Of a stretch of 40,662 nucleotides of DNA, positions 1 through 10,292 are shown piece by piece. The position numbers and the translations under genes are program-made. Source of the DNA: Candidatus Thorarchaeota archaeon (GTDB taxonomy: Archaea; Asgardarchaeota; Thorarchaeia; Thorarchaeales; Thorarchaeaceae). The stretch covers positions 1 through 40,662 of the forward strand of contig SDNP01000028.1 of NCBI GenBank assembly GCA_004524445.1, written 5' to 3'. How positions within the stretch are numbered: position 1 is the stretch's first letter; each line of letters starts with the position of its first letter. The notes beneath the pieces were generated by a model, which worked only from the letters and a program-made list of their open reading frames with translations, was not told the origin of the DNA and did no database searches.

Positions 1-261
1 GGCGGCCGTACAAAAGGCAAATCCGGAAGGTCAAAGTCAGTACAGTGCTCTAAATGTGGGAGATTGGTTCCGGTTGATAAGACTAAGAAACAGACAAAAC
101 GGGTTTCTCTGGTCGATTATCAGCTTGCCAAAGACCTCCGCAAACAAGGTGCATATGTGCCAACTAAGAAAATCACTCGGTACTATTGCATCAGTTGCGC
201 GGTGCATACCGGTAAGGTTCAGATACGCGAAGAGTCAGAACGCAAATCTCACCTGGGATAG
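1..261 (+). CDS. rps26e: 30S ribosomal protein eS26 (S26e), 5'-truncated by the window edge
   Basis: Frame 1 is open from base 1: GGRTKGKSGRSKSVQCSKCGRLVPVDK...YYCISCAVH..VQIR. The CxxC...CxSCAxH zinc motif is typical of eS26. Confidence 0.95.
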   Translation, partial: GGRTKGKSGRSKSVQCSKCGRLVPVDKTKKQTKRVSLVDYQLAKDLRKQGAYVPTKKITRYYCISCAVHTGKVQIREESERKSHLG

Positions 262-350
262 CATTTGAAACATATTATCTCACAATGATCTCACGAGCAA
301 AAAGATTAGTGCGAATGTTCTGAAGTTTGCAATATTAGATGGTATGCCAA

Positions 351-944
351 ATGGCTAGTTCCACTGCGAGTTTTAGCTTCATTCATGTATTTCCTAGAAT
401 ACCCGCCAAACCAAAATTCCATCTCAAAGATTTACCAGGTTCAGGGAAACGGATTGACATCCTCTGTAGGGGATTAGCAGCTTGTTTTGATTGGGCTCCT
501 GAACTGATTTCAAGAACAAACATTGAGTACTATGCCGTACTGTCAGATAAAATAACGATGAAATTCACATATAGCCCAGAATGCATTGGAAAGGGAGAAA
601 CTTGGTGGGCATCGGTTATTCAGCGTGTGCTTTCGGGCGTGAATGTAGATTTTTGCGGCAAGATGGATTGGAACCTGGAAACAACCATGAAGAGCACAAC
701 TCAAGACAATTTTGACCTATATGTTCTTGATGAGAAAGGAACCCCCATTGATACTGTTCTCCAACATAGCAATTTATCACAGAACAGTTTTATGGTCGGA
801 GACCATAGAGGCTTTGAACTCGACACACGAGAATTGCTTAGAGATATGAATGTGCAACAAGTGTCACTTGGAGAAACAAGCTACCTTGGGAGTCATTGCA
901 TAGCACAAGTCATATCCAATTATGAGAGGATATCTAAATCATGA
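351..944 (+). CDS. trmY: tRNA (pseudouridine54-N1)-methyltransferase TrmY-like SPOUT methyltransferase
   Basis: LKDLPGSGKRIDILCR N-terminal motif. LDEKG, FMVGDHRGF and VSLGETSYLGSHCI are SPOUT knot motifs. Start is 339 or 351. Confidence 0.8.
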   Translation: MASSTASFSFIHVFPRIPAKPKFHLKDLPGSGKRIDILCRGLAACFDWAPELISRTNIEYYAVLSDKITMKFTYSPECIGKGETWWASVIQRVLSGVNVDFCGKMDWNLETTMKSTTQDNFDLYVLDEKGTPIDTVLQHSNLSQNSFMVGDHRGFELDTRELLRDMNVQQVSLGETSYLGSHCIAQVISNYERISKS

Positions 945-1297
945 CCGAAGACAAAATTGTCAGCGATGACTACGAATCCAAAGCTATGTCACGCCTAGAA
1001 AATAAGATGACAAAGGAGATGCTTTGGATATACATTCTTAGACTACTGCAGGAACGTCCTCACTATGGATATGAAATTAAGGAGCTCGTAAAGAAGAGAT
1101 TCGGGTTTCAACCTGCCACAGTCAGTGGCTATGCAATTATATATCGCCTTATCAAAGATGGTCTAATAGAAGAGCAGGCGAGGGGAGATTCAAAGCGCAA
1201 ATACTACGACATTACCGAAGAAGGTCTTCGTGCTATGCAGAGAGCAAAGGACTTCATTAATCAAGTCCAAGAGAGTGTCTTTGACTTGACTGAATAG
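941..1297 (+). CDS. PadR-family transcriptional regulator
   Basis: ILRLLQERPHYGYEI...Y.IIYRL..DGLI...RKYYDITEEG motif. ATGA overlap with trmY. Confidence 0.9.
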   Translation: MTEDKIVSDDYESKAMSRLENKMTKEMLWIYILRLLQERPHYGYEIKELVKKRFGFQPATVSGYAIIYRLIKDGLIEEQARGDSKRKYYDITEEGLRAMQRAKDFINQVQESVFDLTE

Positions 1298-1309
1298 AAC
1301 AGAGAACCT

Positions 1310-2047
1310 TCACTGCAATTCTGTTTCATCTTCCTCGCTGTTTTTCTCCCGGATTATTTTATTAGCGTATGCTAGCCGTTGATATACTGTGAAATGAGAT
1401 AGGATTGCCACCAGCGCAATACAGAATGTGAGAATGTTCGTGATTCCAATCGAGAGGAAGAATTCTGTGAAGATAGGTGGAAAAACTGCGAGTAAATCCA
1501 TCCAAATGTTGGTGGGCGGCAAAGCTAATAGCAGGATGCCTGCAAATGTCAATAGAAGCTTTTCTTGTCGCTCGGCGATGCCTACTGCGCAATCATTCAT
1601 CCCTCCAACTGATTCGGCTTTTGCTCTAGAGAAGCTTGCCATAATCATTCCAAATAGCGCTAAGAAACCCCATTGCCATGGTACGAATGTAATGTTGCTT
1701 GACAGAGACCACCATGTAATAGAAGGCTGAATTGCTGGGCCAGCCATTAGGCCGAACATAAAGAAGAATTCAGCATACCTGTCTAATGTATGATCGAATG
1801 TAGCACCGAAGGGCGATGCCAAATTGGCGGCTCTTGCGACTGCTCCATCAAACATGTCCATCACAACGGTTAGAAGCATGAAAGCAAATCCTAGGAGAAG
1901 GTCACCTAGGTAAAACAAGTAGGCTGTGAATATTGAAACGAGCACGGTTAACCCTGTTATCATATTGGGAGTGAGTCCTGTTCTTGCCAATGCTCGTCCA
2001 ATTGGCATCATGGCTTTCTTGTATCGTTCTCTAAGAGATCCTAACAT
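1310..2047 (-). CDS. CDP-alcohol phosphatidyltransferase (archaetidylinositol-phosphate synthase-like)
   Basis: TPNMIT plus signature DMFDGAVAR...GATFDHTLDRYAE (DxxDGxxAR...GxxxDxxxD), and several hydrophobic helices. Confidence 0.92.
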   Translation of the reverse strand: MLGSLRERYKKAMMPIGRALARTGLTPNMITGLTVLVSIFTAYLFYLGDLLLGFAFMLLTVVMDMFDGAVARAANLASPFGATFDHTLDRYAEFFFMFGLMAGPAIQPSITWWSLSSNITFVPWQWGFLALFGMIMASFSRAKAESVGGMNDCAVGIAERQEKLLLTFAGILLLALPPTNIWMDLLAVFPPIFTEFFLSIGITNILTFCIALVAILSHFTVYQRLAYANKIIREKNSEEDETELQ

Positions 2048-2121
2048 GTCAGTTCACTCGTCCACCACGTAGACTGACCGAAGCCAAACAAGGAGGGTAA
2101 TAAACGTGTTGTGCAAGATGT

Positions 2122-3795
2122 CTATTTGCTTCTCAGGGCCTTCTGTATTCGCTCTATAACCCACTCTCGACCTAGCATATTAATGAACGGACCAAGGCGC
2201 GGACCAGATTTTCTTGATATCAGAACTCGGTAGAGTACAGTAAATGCTCTTCTGACCTTGAAATCTAACTCATTTGCAGTTTCGAAAACACCAGTCTGAA
2301 TTTCTTCATCCTGTAGCGGGCCTTCCTGCAACAGATTCAGTATTTCATGCAAATAGGTCGCATCTTCAGGAGTCAGAGTATCTAGAACCTGTTTTGGTAT
2401 CTCTTCAGGTACTTGGATGAGATCTCCTTTCGAACCGAACATCTCAACCCACTTTCGTGCACGCCTCAGCCTAACAGGTATTCGTTTCTTTGCGACATTA
2501 GGAACTGTTTGCAGGGCATATTGCTGTTTCAATGCTTCTTCGCTACGTTCAACGATGGTATCCATTCCCAGAAGGTCTTCGAGCTGCGACATCACGACCG
2601 CAAATTTGAATGGGAGTTTGGGAATGTATTCTTCCGAAACCGGACCTGTCATGGCCAAGGGATAAACTATTTGTGCCAAAGCTTGTGTTTCGTCATCGGC
2701 ATCGTCCAGGCCGTAGTACACTCGTTCGAAGCGTTCGAATTCATCAATCATATCAGGAATGGCTTCCGGTCTAATATTCACAGCTCGTGCTAGGTCTGTC
2801 TTCAGCATAATAAAACGGTAAAGCTCAGGAGGTGCAATCTGCAGCCAAGTTTTGGGAGTGAAAACAATACCTTCAGAGGTACTCATATCCCTGCCGCTTA
2901 TCCTCACCCACTCGTAAGGAACCTTGACTGGTCCCTCCCAGTCAAACACTCGTCGAGAAACCTCTAATCCTGTATCATAAGAACCGCCTTTCACCGAGTG
3001 ATCCTTTCCAGCAGGTTCACAGCTTACATTCAAAACATACCATTTGGCAGGCCAATCAACACGCCAAGTCAATTTGATTCGTACATCAGAGAGAGGCAAT
3101 CTGGCCTGATGTCCACATTCAGGACACTCAAACGATATTGTATCACTGTCTGCATCGTAGTCTTTGACTCTGTTGGGCACTATTTCGCCCTTAGCTCCCG
3201 ATTGAAACTTTCCACATTCTGGGCAGATGACTGAAGCTGGATACCAAGATTCCATGCCCTTGAGATATTGCTTCTTTTGTTCAGCATTGAAGTCCTTGGC
3301 AACATACTCCTTCATTATTTCTCGAATAGTTTCTGTTTTCTTCAAGCATACACGGACTGCATCAAGCATTTTGTCGGTTTCATACAGCTTGCTTGTCCAT
3401 ACTATATCGGGATCGATGCCAAACTCAGGGAAAGTTTCAATGAGCTCATTCGCCCAATGGGCTCCAAAGCTCTCGCAGCAACCAAATTCATCCGGTACAT
3501 CGGAGTATGGGACACCAGCCCATTCTGAGAGTGACAGAGTAACAGATTGAGGTAGCGAGCGTAAGGGGTCATAGTCATCGACCACGAACATTGAACGGGT
3601 ATCTTTCTTCAGGCGAAGGAGTTCTCGTTTTATCACGTCTGCGACTATCAATTCTCTCATTATACCAATATGGATGCTTCCGCTTGGGCTTTTGCCGGTG
3701 GAAATAAGGTAATCGTCAAATTCCCGTTCCAGTATCTCTTGTACAACGTCTTCTATCCAATGAATGGAGAATTCTTCATCTACTCCTTCAGACAA
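2122..3795 (-). CDS. lysS: Class I lysyl-tRNA synthetase
   Basis: TGKSPSGSIHIG (HIGH-like), two CPECG zinc knuckles, WRVDWPAKW, EPAGKDH, MSTSEG (KMSKS variant) and C-terminal GPRLG. Likely TTG start at 3795 behind a GAGGT SD. The ORF extends to 3819. Confidence 0.96.
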   Translation of the reverse strand: MSEGVDEEFSIHWIEDVVQEILEREFDDYLISTGKSPSGSIHIGIMRELIVADVIKRELLRLKKDTRSMFVVDDYDPLRSLPQSVTLSLSEWAGVPYSDVPDEFGCCESFGAHWANELIETFPEFGIDPDIVWTSKLYETDKMLDAVRVCLKKTETIREIMKEYVAKDFNAEQKKQYLKGMESWYPASVICPECGKFQSGAKGEIVPNRVKDYDADSDTISFECPECGHQARLPLSDVRIKLTWRVDWPAKWYVLNVSCEPAGKDHSVKGGSYDTGLEVSRRVFDWEGPVKVPYEWVRISGRDMSTSEGIVFTPKTWLQIAPPELYRFIMLKTDLARAVNIRPEAIPDMIDEFERFERVYYGLDDADDETQALAQIVYPLAMTGPVSEEYIPKLPFKFAVVMSQLEDLLGMDTIVERSEEALKQQYALQTVPNVAKKRIPVRLRRARKWVEMFGSKGDLIQVPEEIPKQVLDTLTPEDATYLHEILNLLQEGPLQDEEIQTGVFETANELDFKVRRAFTVLYRVLISRKSGPRLGPFINMLGREWVIERIQKALRSK

Positions 3796-3845
3796 ATGTC
3801 TTACCTCAACACTCCACAAGCTGAATTTCTAAAGAACGTTTCCAA

Positions 3846-5696
3846 TTACACTGCGAATTCGGAAACGCGTAGGTCAGTTCTACTCATGAAAATCAAGTAG
3901 ACGGGGATTGCAGCAATAACGATTACTGCCAGAAGTGCCAATAGCAGGATGCCAGCAGTGAGCGGGAGGTAGATCAGAGAGGGGACAGAAGCCTCAGGAA
4001 CTAGGAAAAACACACTGAAAATTATCGAAACAAAGAGTGCAGGTACTCCGCTTTTCATCCCCATGCCAAGACCTTCAGCGATTATTGTTTTTGCAATGAA
4101 AGTGGGGGAGGCACCTACAGAACGCATAACTACGTAGTCCCGGAATCTACTGAATACGGAGATAAGCAGATAGTACATCAATCCGAGAAAAGCACTAACT
4201 AGAGCCATGATAGGAATGGGTTGCATAAGACCCCAGTACGAAATAATAACAGCCTGATTTGCTTCAAGTATCTCTTGTTGTTCATATAGTGATAGTCCAT
4301 ATTCTTCAGCCAATAGACGAATTTGAGATATTGCAGATTCAGTGTACCTATTTAACTGAATAAGCATCAAGTTTACACCATTCATATGGAAGATATCCTG
4401 CATGGGAGCAAGCGGTATAAGGGCCACGCGTCCACCATTTAGAATCTCGAAGGCAATGCCATTGATTTCAAATGAACTGCCACCTATTCCTACAGACTGT
4501 ATTAGCGGGTCCTCAAATGATTTCGCTGCCATTTCACCGCCAATCCAGGCGGATGTGGAGGTGTTTACTTCAGCACCTTCAAAATACCACTCGGAGATTG
4601 TGTTTTCCCAGTCAATCCCGATAACAAGTGCATCAACTACCCTGTCTCCGCCTATCCGTTCGTATCTTTCCAAGGTTGGATTCCATATGATAGCAGGATT
4701 CTCAGCCACCTCTGTGAATTGGACTAGCCGCCCTTCTACTTTGCTCACAACGCTCAATTCAGACGCTTCTAGCATGAGTTCCTCCGGTATCATTTGCTGA
4801 CTGCCAGTATAATTGAAGGGAGCACTAAGTCGATTGCCGGTTAGCCGGTAAGAGTCATAGTATTCATTGAGAAGACCAGGATCACCAATTGCAACAACAT
4901 TTTCGCCCATGGACCTCGTAACATAGGAGTCCATGGTTGTTTGAACGATGCCTCCACCTATTAGCAATACAGAAGCCAGAGAGAAGGACAAGAACAGTGA
5001 CAAGATAGTCCGTCGAGTGCCTCGGATTCTTCTTCCCCTCCCTTTTGTGGCGATTTTGAAGGGAAGACCGAAACTATCCATTAAGCCATAGTGTTTGACT
5101 TTCATTCCTACATCCGGATTGAGAGCCCCAATAGGGGATTCGTGAACCGCGTCATAGATTGGCTTTTGTGCTGCGAAATAACCAACAAATAGCAAAAGAC
5201 CAGCAATAAGCAAAATCTGGACCCACGGGAATACAAAGACAAATTCCAAACCAGGAACTGCGAAGGCTAGCCAAATTAATCCCAATATGTAGAGGAGAGT
5301 TCCTAAGGCGATGCCTAAAATGGTTCCAATGCCTAGTATGATTACAGATTGTGCCATAAAATGGTCAAAAATGGTATCTATGAGTGTGCCAATGGATTTC
5401 ATTAATCCAATATCCTTGCGACGACTGACAATTTCAAGGGAGATATTACTGGAAACGACAGTGACACCTAGGGAAATTATTAGGATTAATGCAGACCAGA
5501 TGAAAGTTTCAAAGAAGACTCCAAGTGCAGAGGCAAGGCCGATAGATGTTAGTGTTGATGTCACATCTAACATTACATTCGAGAAGAGAAACAGGAAAGT
5601 CGTTGCGCCAACTATCGTTGTAATAGATAGTAATACTACTGAGGTTCTAAACGGTCGCCGTTTAAGATCCTTTGAAGCATAGTCTTGCTCAGACAT
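3846..5696 (-). CDS. MacB/FtsX/LolC-E type ABC transporter permease with two FtsX-like TM units
   Basis: RRKDIGLMKSIG and RFRDYVVMRSVG motifs, two TM clusters and one large extracytoplasmic domain. Overlaps the upstream ATPase stop. Confidence 0.85.
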   Translation of the reverse strand: MSEQDYASKDLKRRPFRTSVVLLSITTIVGATTFLFLFSNVMLDVTSTLTSIGLASALGVFFETFIWSALILIISLGVTVVSSNISLEIVSRRKDIGLMKSIGTLIDTIFDHFMAQSVIILGIGTILGIALGTLLYILGLIWLAFAVPGLEFVFVFPWVQILLIAGLLLFVGYFAAQKPIYDAVHESPIGALNPDVGMKVKHYGLMDSFGLPFKIATKGRGRRIRGTRRTILSLFLSFSLASVLLIGGGIVQTTMDSYVTRSMGENVVAIGDPGLLNEYYDSYRLTGNRLSAPFNYTGSQQMIPEELMLEASELSVVSKVEGRLVQFTEVAENPAIIWNPTLERYERIGGDRVVDALVIGIDWENTISEWYFEGAEVNTSTSAWIGGEMAAKSFEDPLIQSVGIGGSSFEINGIAFEILNGGRVALIPLAPMQDIFHMNGVNLMLIQLNRYTESAISQIRLLAEEYGLSLYEQQEILEANQAVIISYWGLMQPIPIMALVSAFLGLMYYLLISVFSRFRDYVVMRSVGASPTFIAKTIIAEGLGMGMKSGVPALFVSIIFSVFFLVPEASVPSLIYLPLTAGILLLALLAVIVIAAIPVYLIFMSRTDLRVSEFAV

Positions 5697-6480
5697 TTTC
5701 ACCAATAACCCCATTTTTCATCGTAAGAACTCGAACTCGGTCTTGCTCGATAATATTGATGTCATGCGTCATGCAGAGTACAGTTTTTCCTGAATCATTT
5801 AGCCAGCGCAGTATTTCGCGGATCATCTGAGCTGAATCAACATCGAGATTAGCGGTGGGTTCGTCAGCCAAAATGAGAGGGGGGTCATTTGACATAGCCC
5901 GCGCAATTGCCACTCTTTGTTGCTCGCCCGAACTCAGCTGCCAAGGGAGATGATCGGTTCTTTCAGCCAGCCCAACTCTGTCTAGCAACCTGTGTGCTTC
6001 TTCCTCAGGCTTTAGATCCGCATCCTCGAAAAGTTGCATAGGAAACATGACATTTTCCAATGCAGTGAGTGTTGAGATTAGATTATAGCTCTGAAAAATG
6101 AAGCCGGTGTTTGTTAATCGGAATAGAGCACGAAAGTGTTCATCATAATCCCCAATGGGTACATCCATGACCAATACTCTACCGGATGTTGGATAATCAA
6201 TTGCTCCAATCATATTAAGAAGGGTTGTTTTACCCGATCCAGATGGCCCTTCAACAACGACAAATTCACCGGGTTCTACTTGGAGATTTATTTCATCGAC
6301 TGCAACAATTTCTCTATCTCCCAACGAATATGTTCGAGTCACATCGACCAGTTTGATTGCATTCTTGACTTCTTCCGAACCAAGAGCATCCATGAGGTCA
6401 AATTCATCATCGGCTGTTGCTATATCAATTGAGGCGTCCTCGTCCAATTTTCTTTCACCTATCTTCGCATTGATCTCCAA
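5689..6480 (-). CDS. ABC transporter ATP-binding protein (LolD/MacB-like)
   Basis: GPSGSGKTT Walker [11 protein letters not shown]-loop, [14 protein letters not shown] signature, [12 protein letters not shown] Walker B, THD H-loop. Confidence 0.96.
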   Translation of the reverse strand: MEINAKIGERKLDEDASIDIATADDEFDLMDALGSEEVKNAIKLVDVTRTYSLGDREIVAVDEINLQVEPGEFVVVEGPSGSGKTTLLNMIGAIDYPTSGRVLVMDVPIGDYDEHFRALFRLTNTGFIFQSYNLISTLTALENVMFPMQLFEDADLKPEEEAHRLLDRVGLAERTDHLPWQLSSGEQQRVAIARAMSNDPPLILADEPTANLDVDSAQMIREILRWLNDSGKTVLCMTHDINIIEQDRVRVLTMKNGVIGENV

Positions 6481-6575
6481 GTTGGGAATTTCATCGACGC
6501 GCCATTGCGTGGCTTGCTACTAGACATACGACGGCATTATCATTCGAAGATAAATGTGGGGTTTAGGGAGACAAT

Positions 6576-7328
6576 CTAAATGAGGTCAAAGCTCGTAAGT
6601 GCCTGTTCAGCCCATTTAGTCAGCGCTAGGGGACGTTCACGGCCAAATACTCTGATAGTGCGAAGAACCTCTGATTCAACAAGACTGTTGGCATAGTAGG
6701 AAACTAGACTCTTATCGAGGTCTAGGGTTCTACTTAGAACAGCTTGCGTGATACGGCCTTCGTTTTTGACTTCGGACAATATTGAACGAATTGTAGGATT
6801 TCGCGTTATGGCGGCAAGCATTAGGGTATTTTCATCATCGGAATAATTTCGCATGAAGAAATGCCGTGAGTTTCCATTCCGGATGGATATGACTTCCCCA
6901 TCGGCCTCTAAATTGTCGATATGATACTGAAGAGCACCCATAGCACAATCTACTGAGCGCTGTAGCTCTCTAAGATGAATTCCCGGATTGGTGTCTATTT
7001 CCATAAGAACCCGGTCGCGAAGGGATAGTTGTTCGTCCTCACTTCTTCGTTCAGAGGCGACGGTGCCAATAGCAAATGCAACAGTAGTACTCACTGTGAG
7101 AGACCTAGTCAAAAAACTAGGAAAGAGAACGGAGGTACCACTAGTCATGGGGATAGACAACATCTGAACATCGATTGTGCCCACATCAGAATCACAAGAG
7201 AGAGAAATATCCTGAATGGCAGCGTCGCCTATTACTGCATTAGAACTGAGCAAAAAGATACTGACTAAACCTGTCATCATTAAGGACAGAGCTAATGCCA
7301 TTAGTATTTTCTGACTGCGATCGCCCAT
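6576..7328 (-). CDS. Membrane-anchored double winged-helix transcriptional regulator (COG3398-like)
   Basis: N-terminal hydrophobic segments, then I..NPGIHLREL...GALQYHIDNL and a second HTH (ITQAVLSRTLDLDKSLVSYY). Confidence 0.75.
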   Translation of the reverse strand: MGDRSQKILMALALSLMMTGLVSIFLLSSNAVIGDAAIQDISLSCDSDVGTIDVQMLSIPMTSGTSVLFPSFLTRSLTVSTTVAFAIGTVASERRSEDEQLSLRDRVLMEIDTNPGIHLRELQRSVDCAMGALQYHIDNLEADGEVISIRNGNSRHFFMRNYSDDENTLMLAAITRNPTIRSILSEVKNEGRITQAVLSRTLDLDKSLVSYYANSLVESEVLRTIRVFGRERPLALTKWAEQALTSFDLI

Positions 7329-7390
7329 CTTATGCCCACTCTAACATGCTTCAATATATATTTAGGGCATTGGTATGTGCAATGTTCGTA

Positions 7391-7942
7391 CTACTCTCCT
7401 CTCGGCGGATAACTCATCTTAATGTGGAACGAACATAATTCGTCCCCAGTTGCCATACAGCTATCTTCGACCACGGTAAGAGACTCGTATTCAATTCTGT
7501 TATAGTCGGTCAGATATTCTAGCACAGACTCGATAAAGCCTCGCAAGAAGTAACAAGAGGGATCTTCGCTTTCATATCCTGCTGCATATGGATTATCACG
7601 AATCTCGATTATAGCTTCTTCATCCAGCCAAAGCTTGTATAGCTTGGCAATTTTGATATCCCCAAACGGTACTATGAGAGTTTCCAAAGCCATTCTTATG
7701 AATTCGACGATACCTTTGAAATCTCCAGGAGGTTTTTGGTCCCCAATCTTGAAGTATTCGCGCTGCGCCTCAAGTCCTGCGAGGCGACCTGCAGAATAGT
7801 ATAGGTCTCGCACTCTGTCTGGAAACATAACTCCGATACGATTTCCGATTTTGGTCCATGTCTTTCCAAAAAAGGCACGCATTAGCTCCTGCTCTTTTAG
7901 TCGACCTTTCCACCATTCAATGACTTCATCCTGATTAGACAT
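7391..7942 (-). CDS. V4R-domain protein (canonical Zn-binding type)
   Basis: YSAGRLAG helix, IEIRDNPYA, PSCYFLRGFIE and VVEDSCMATGDELCSF (C...ExxCxxxGxxxC V4R motif). Confidence 0.88.
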   Translation of the reverse strand: MSNQDEVIEWWKGRLKEQELMRAFFGKTWTKIGNRIGVMFPDRVRDLYYSAGRLAGLEAQREYFKIGDQKPPGDFKGIVEFIRMALETLIVPFGDIKIAKLYKLWLDEEAIIEIRDNPYAAGYESEDPSCYFLRGFIESVLEYLTDYNRIEYESLTVVEDSCMATGDELCSFHIKMSYPPRGE

Positions 7943-8013
7943 CTTGGTCTCTCCAGTCTAGCTATCAAAGGCGTGGTAAGTTAAGTGCTTTATGTTGACA
8001 GATTCAAATCGGG

Positions 8014-8487
8014 TTAACCAAGTCGCACATTCCAAACACAGGCATCTGCGCCGGTAGCACGGCTCATTTCTTGAAAGACCTTCACGTCGACTCCCTTAAA
8101 GTCCAGAATAGACTCCAATATACCACTAAAAATCTCACAGTATCCAAATCCGCGCATTCCTTCAAGGTTTACTTCTTGACACCATACGCACTCTTCATCC
8201 GTTACTCGGATAGATCCTCGTGCTGAGTCCATATCCAAATCATCAGGCTTCTTGTCATATAGGACTTTGAAAACGGTTTCAATAAGTTTGGATACATCCT
8301 CTCGTGTGGTTATCGTATCTTTTGTTTTGTCAGCAATTTCGGTATTGAGGTAAATATTCGTACCCAGTCCACGGCCGATGTCACGAAGCCTTTCATTTGC
8401 CGCCTCGATATTTCCAGTTTCCTCCATCACACCGTCAACTATCCAGCCATATATACTAAGCAACAACGGATTCTCGATATCGCCCAT
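8014..8487 (-). CDS. Bet3/TRAPP-like (V4R-fold) protein, copy B
   Basis: LLLSIYGWIV...ANERLRDIGRGLG and GYCEIFSGILESIL align by eye with recalled Bet3 motifs LFTLTYGxxV...VNxxLxxMGxxIG and YSNxLCGVLxGxL. Confidence 0.8.
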   Translation of the reverse strand: MGDIENPLLLSIYGWIVDGVMEETGNIEAANERLRDIGRGLGTNIYLNTEIADKTKDTITTREDVSKLIETVFKVLYDKKPDDLDMDSARGSIRVTDEECVWCQEVNLEGMRGFGYCEIFSGILESILDFKGVDVKVFQEMSRATGADACVWNVRLG

Positions 8488-8512
8488 TAGGATAAAACCT
8501 CACATATTCCAA

Positions 8513-9502
8513 TCATAAAGTCTTGCCAATCATACTAACATTCTTTCGGTATTTTGCAAGAATCTTGATAACCATCTGCTTCTGGACCCCAGCAGCTTCT
8601 GCTACTTCTTCAGTAGTACGTTTGCCATCACAGAATCTTAGAATATCCTTGTCTGCATCCTTTGCTTTCGAAAGATCACCCTCAAATTTTGGACACTTCA
8701 CGAATTGGCCCATGGTGCCTGCCCTCCCACCCTCTCCACCTTCGGCTTCAATGACTGGTACATCAACAATATTCTTTGAGGCAGCCCATTTTATGCACTC
8801 AATAACGCGCTCTGTGGACTGAAACATCGAGTCAGCAACTTGAGATATACTCAAATTACCGTCAACAAGCATCAAGACATCAAAGCCAAAATTCCGATAT
8901 GTCTTCTTCATCTCGCTGGACAGCTCAGAGTCCAACGACAATGACTTGGCATATGCAGATCCGCGTTTTGGGACCGTACTAGGCGTAACTCTGAAGTCCT
9001 CAGGGGATCTCTCTTCCGCCTCGGCTTCATGTATTTCCTCTACAGGTTCTGCTTCAGGAGTAGCCGATACTTCAGCAGCTTCCGGTTCTTCTGCTGTTGT
9101 AGAGGCGGCTTGAATTCCTATGCTCTCTAGTACCTGCAGATTACCTTCAGCAGACTCCTCGAATTCATCCGGAGGCGGGGGAAGCTCTATTCCCTCCAGC
9201 ATTCTAAGTACATTCTTGGTTTTCGCAATAGCCAATCCAAGCTGCAATTCAGGTACATATAGAACAGTGAGAATCCAGTGTTCATCCACGGGGGATAATA
9301 CAACTAGACCTTTTTCAGTATCAATAGTCATGAGTCTCAAGTCAGATTTGTATAAAGAGATGCTATCTTTAACTCGTGGAAAGAGCTCATCTGGGAATGA
9401 AAAACTAACAAAGGGGCGTCCCCCGTTTGTCATTAATGAGTATCCCAGCACTTGATCATCAAATCTTAGTTTTGAAAGGGCTCTCTCTAAATCGCTGGAC
9501 AT
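8513..9502 (-). CDS. Roadblock/LC7-like N-terminal domain + acidic linker + two winged-helix domains, copy B
   Basis: Start MSSDLE at 9502 behind a GAGGAG SD (ORF extends to 9565). N-terminal helix, VLGYSLMTNGGRP, LMTIDTEKGLVVL, LGLAIAKT pattern. C-terminal LMLVDGNLSISQVA and RFCDGKRTTEEVA HTH-like motifs. Confidence 0.7.
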   Translation of the reverse strand: MSSDLERALSKLRFDDQVLGYSLMTNGGRPFVSFSFPDELFPRVKDSISLYKSDLRLMTIDTEKGLVVLSPVDEHWILTVLYVPELQLGLAIAKTKNVLRMLEGIELPPPPDEFEESAEGNLQVLESIGIQAASTTAEEPEAAEVSATPEAEPVEEIHEAEAEERSPEDFRVTPSTVPKRGSAYAKSLSLDSELSSEMKKTYRNFGFDVLMLVDGNLSISQVADSMFQSTERVIECIKWAASKNIVDVPVIEAEGGEGGRAGTMGQFVKCPKFEGDLSKAKDADKDILRFCDGKRTTEEVAEAAGVQKQMVIKILAKYRKNVSMIGKTL

Positions 9503-9715
9503 GATTATGCTCCTCGAATACTCTGGCTGTGGTCTAAAACTGCACTCACAATTCTTCCTTCCCAAGTATAGTGAAAAGGGTTGCGGTAATGAATCACAGC
9601 AACTGCATGATTATTGTGAGAGTGTGGTAGGAGAAACATATCCACGATTTTAGCAGTGATGTCAACAACATTAAGAGGCATTTTCATAACTAACAGTTGC
9701 TGGAGGATAGAAAAA

Positions 9716-10291
9716 ATGCGGAATTTTCTTGGAGGCCTCGTTGGTTCGATCTTGGCAATGACCTTAGCTTATATCATAATAGGGAACCAATCTATTGTCT
9801 ATCCTGAAAATGTACAGATGATTGAATTCCTGCTCACGGGTTCTCTTATCCTCTCCGATTCACTAGAGAGTATTTTTTCGCTCAATTTCATGGGAAAACT
9901 TTTGCTTATCTGGGGCGTAGTAGGAGCGATTATCGCACCATTCGCAGTTAGCGAATGGAATATATTTAGGACAACGTTCTGGCTTGGGGGCATAATAGCA
10001 ACATTCGCACTATCATCTACGTTATTGGTGAATCCTGATTTTTGGTTCCAAAATGATAGAAATCTGCTCCTAGCTTTTCTGTATGCAAAGACCATCATGG
10101 CTTCTCTAATCTCTGTTCCTTTCTCATTACTGGCATTTAAGGCAAAGAAACGATGGTTGAGAAAAAAACCAGAACCGATACCGGAGAGAATTGAAACAGT
10201 CTGTGAGTGCGGAGCGGTCTACAAGTCGAATCCTCTTGTCTGTGTAGAGTGTGGTAGACAACTTCGAGACATTGTCGATGAACCCCAATAA
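9716..10291 (+). CDS. Multi-pass membrane protein with C-terminal zinc ribbon
   Basis: ATG at 9716 behind GGAGG. About four hydrophobic helices, a basic stretch, then CECGAVYKSNPLVCVECG. Confidence 0.8.
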   Translation: MRNFLGGLVGSILAMTLAYIIIGNQSIVYPENVQMIEFLLTGSLILSDSLESIFSLNFMGKLLLIWGVVGAIIAPFAVSEWNIFRTTFWLGGIIATFALSSTLLVNPDFWFQNDRNLLLAFLYAKTIMASLISVPFSLLAFKAKKRWLRKKPEPIPERIETVCECGAVYKSNPLVCVECGRQLRDIVDEPQ

Positions 10292-10292
10292 A

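Noticed and set aside
9010-9190. Low-complexity Glu/Ala/Pro stretch as a DNA tandem repeat
   Set aside because: There is no exact nucleotide periodicity. It is explained by a disordered protein linker.
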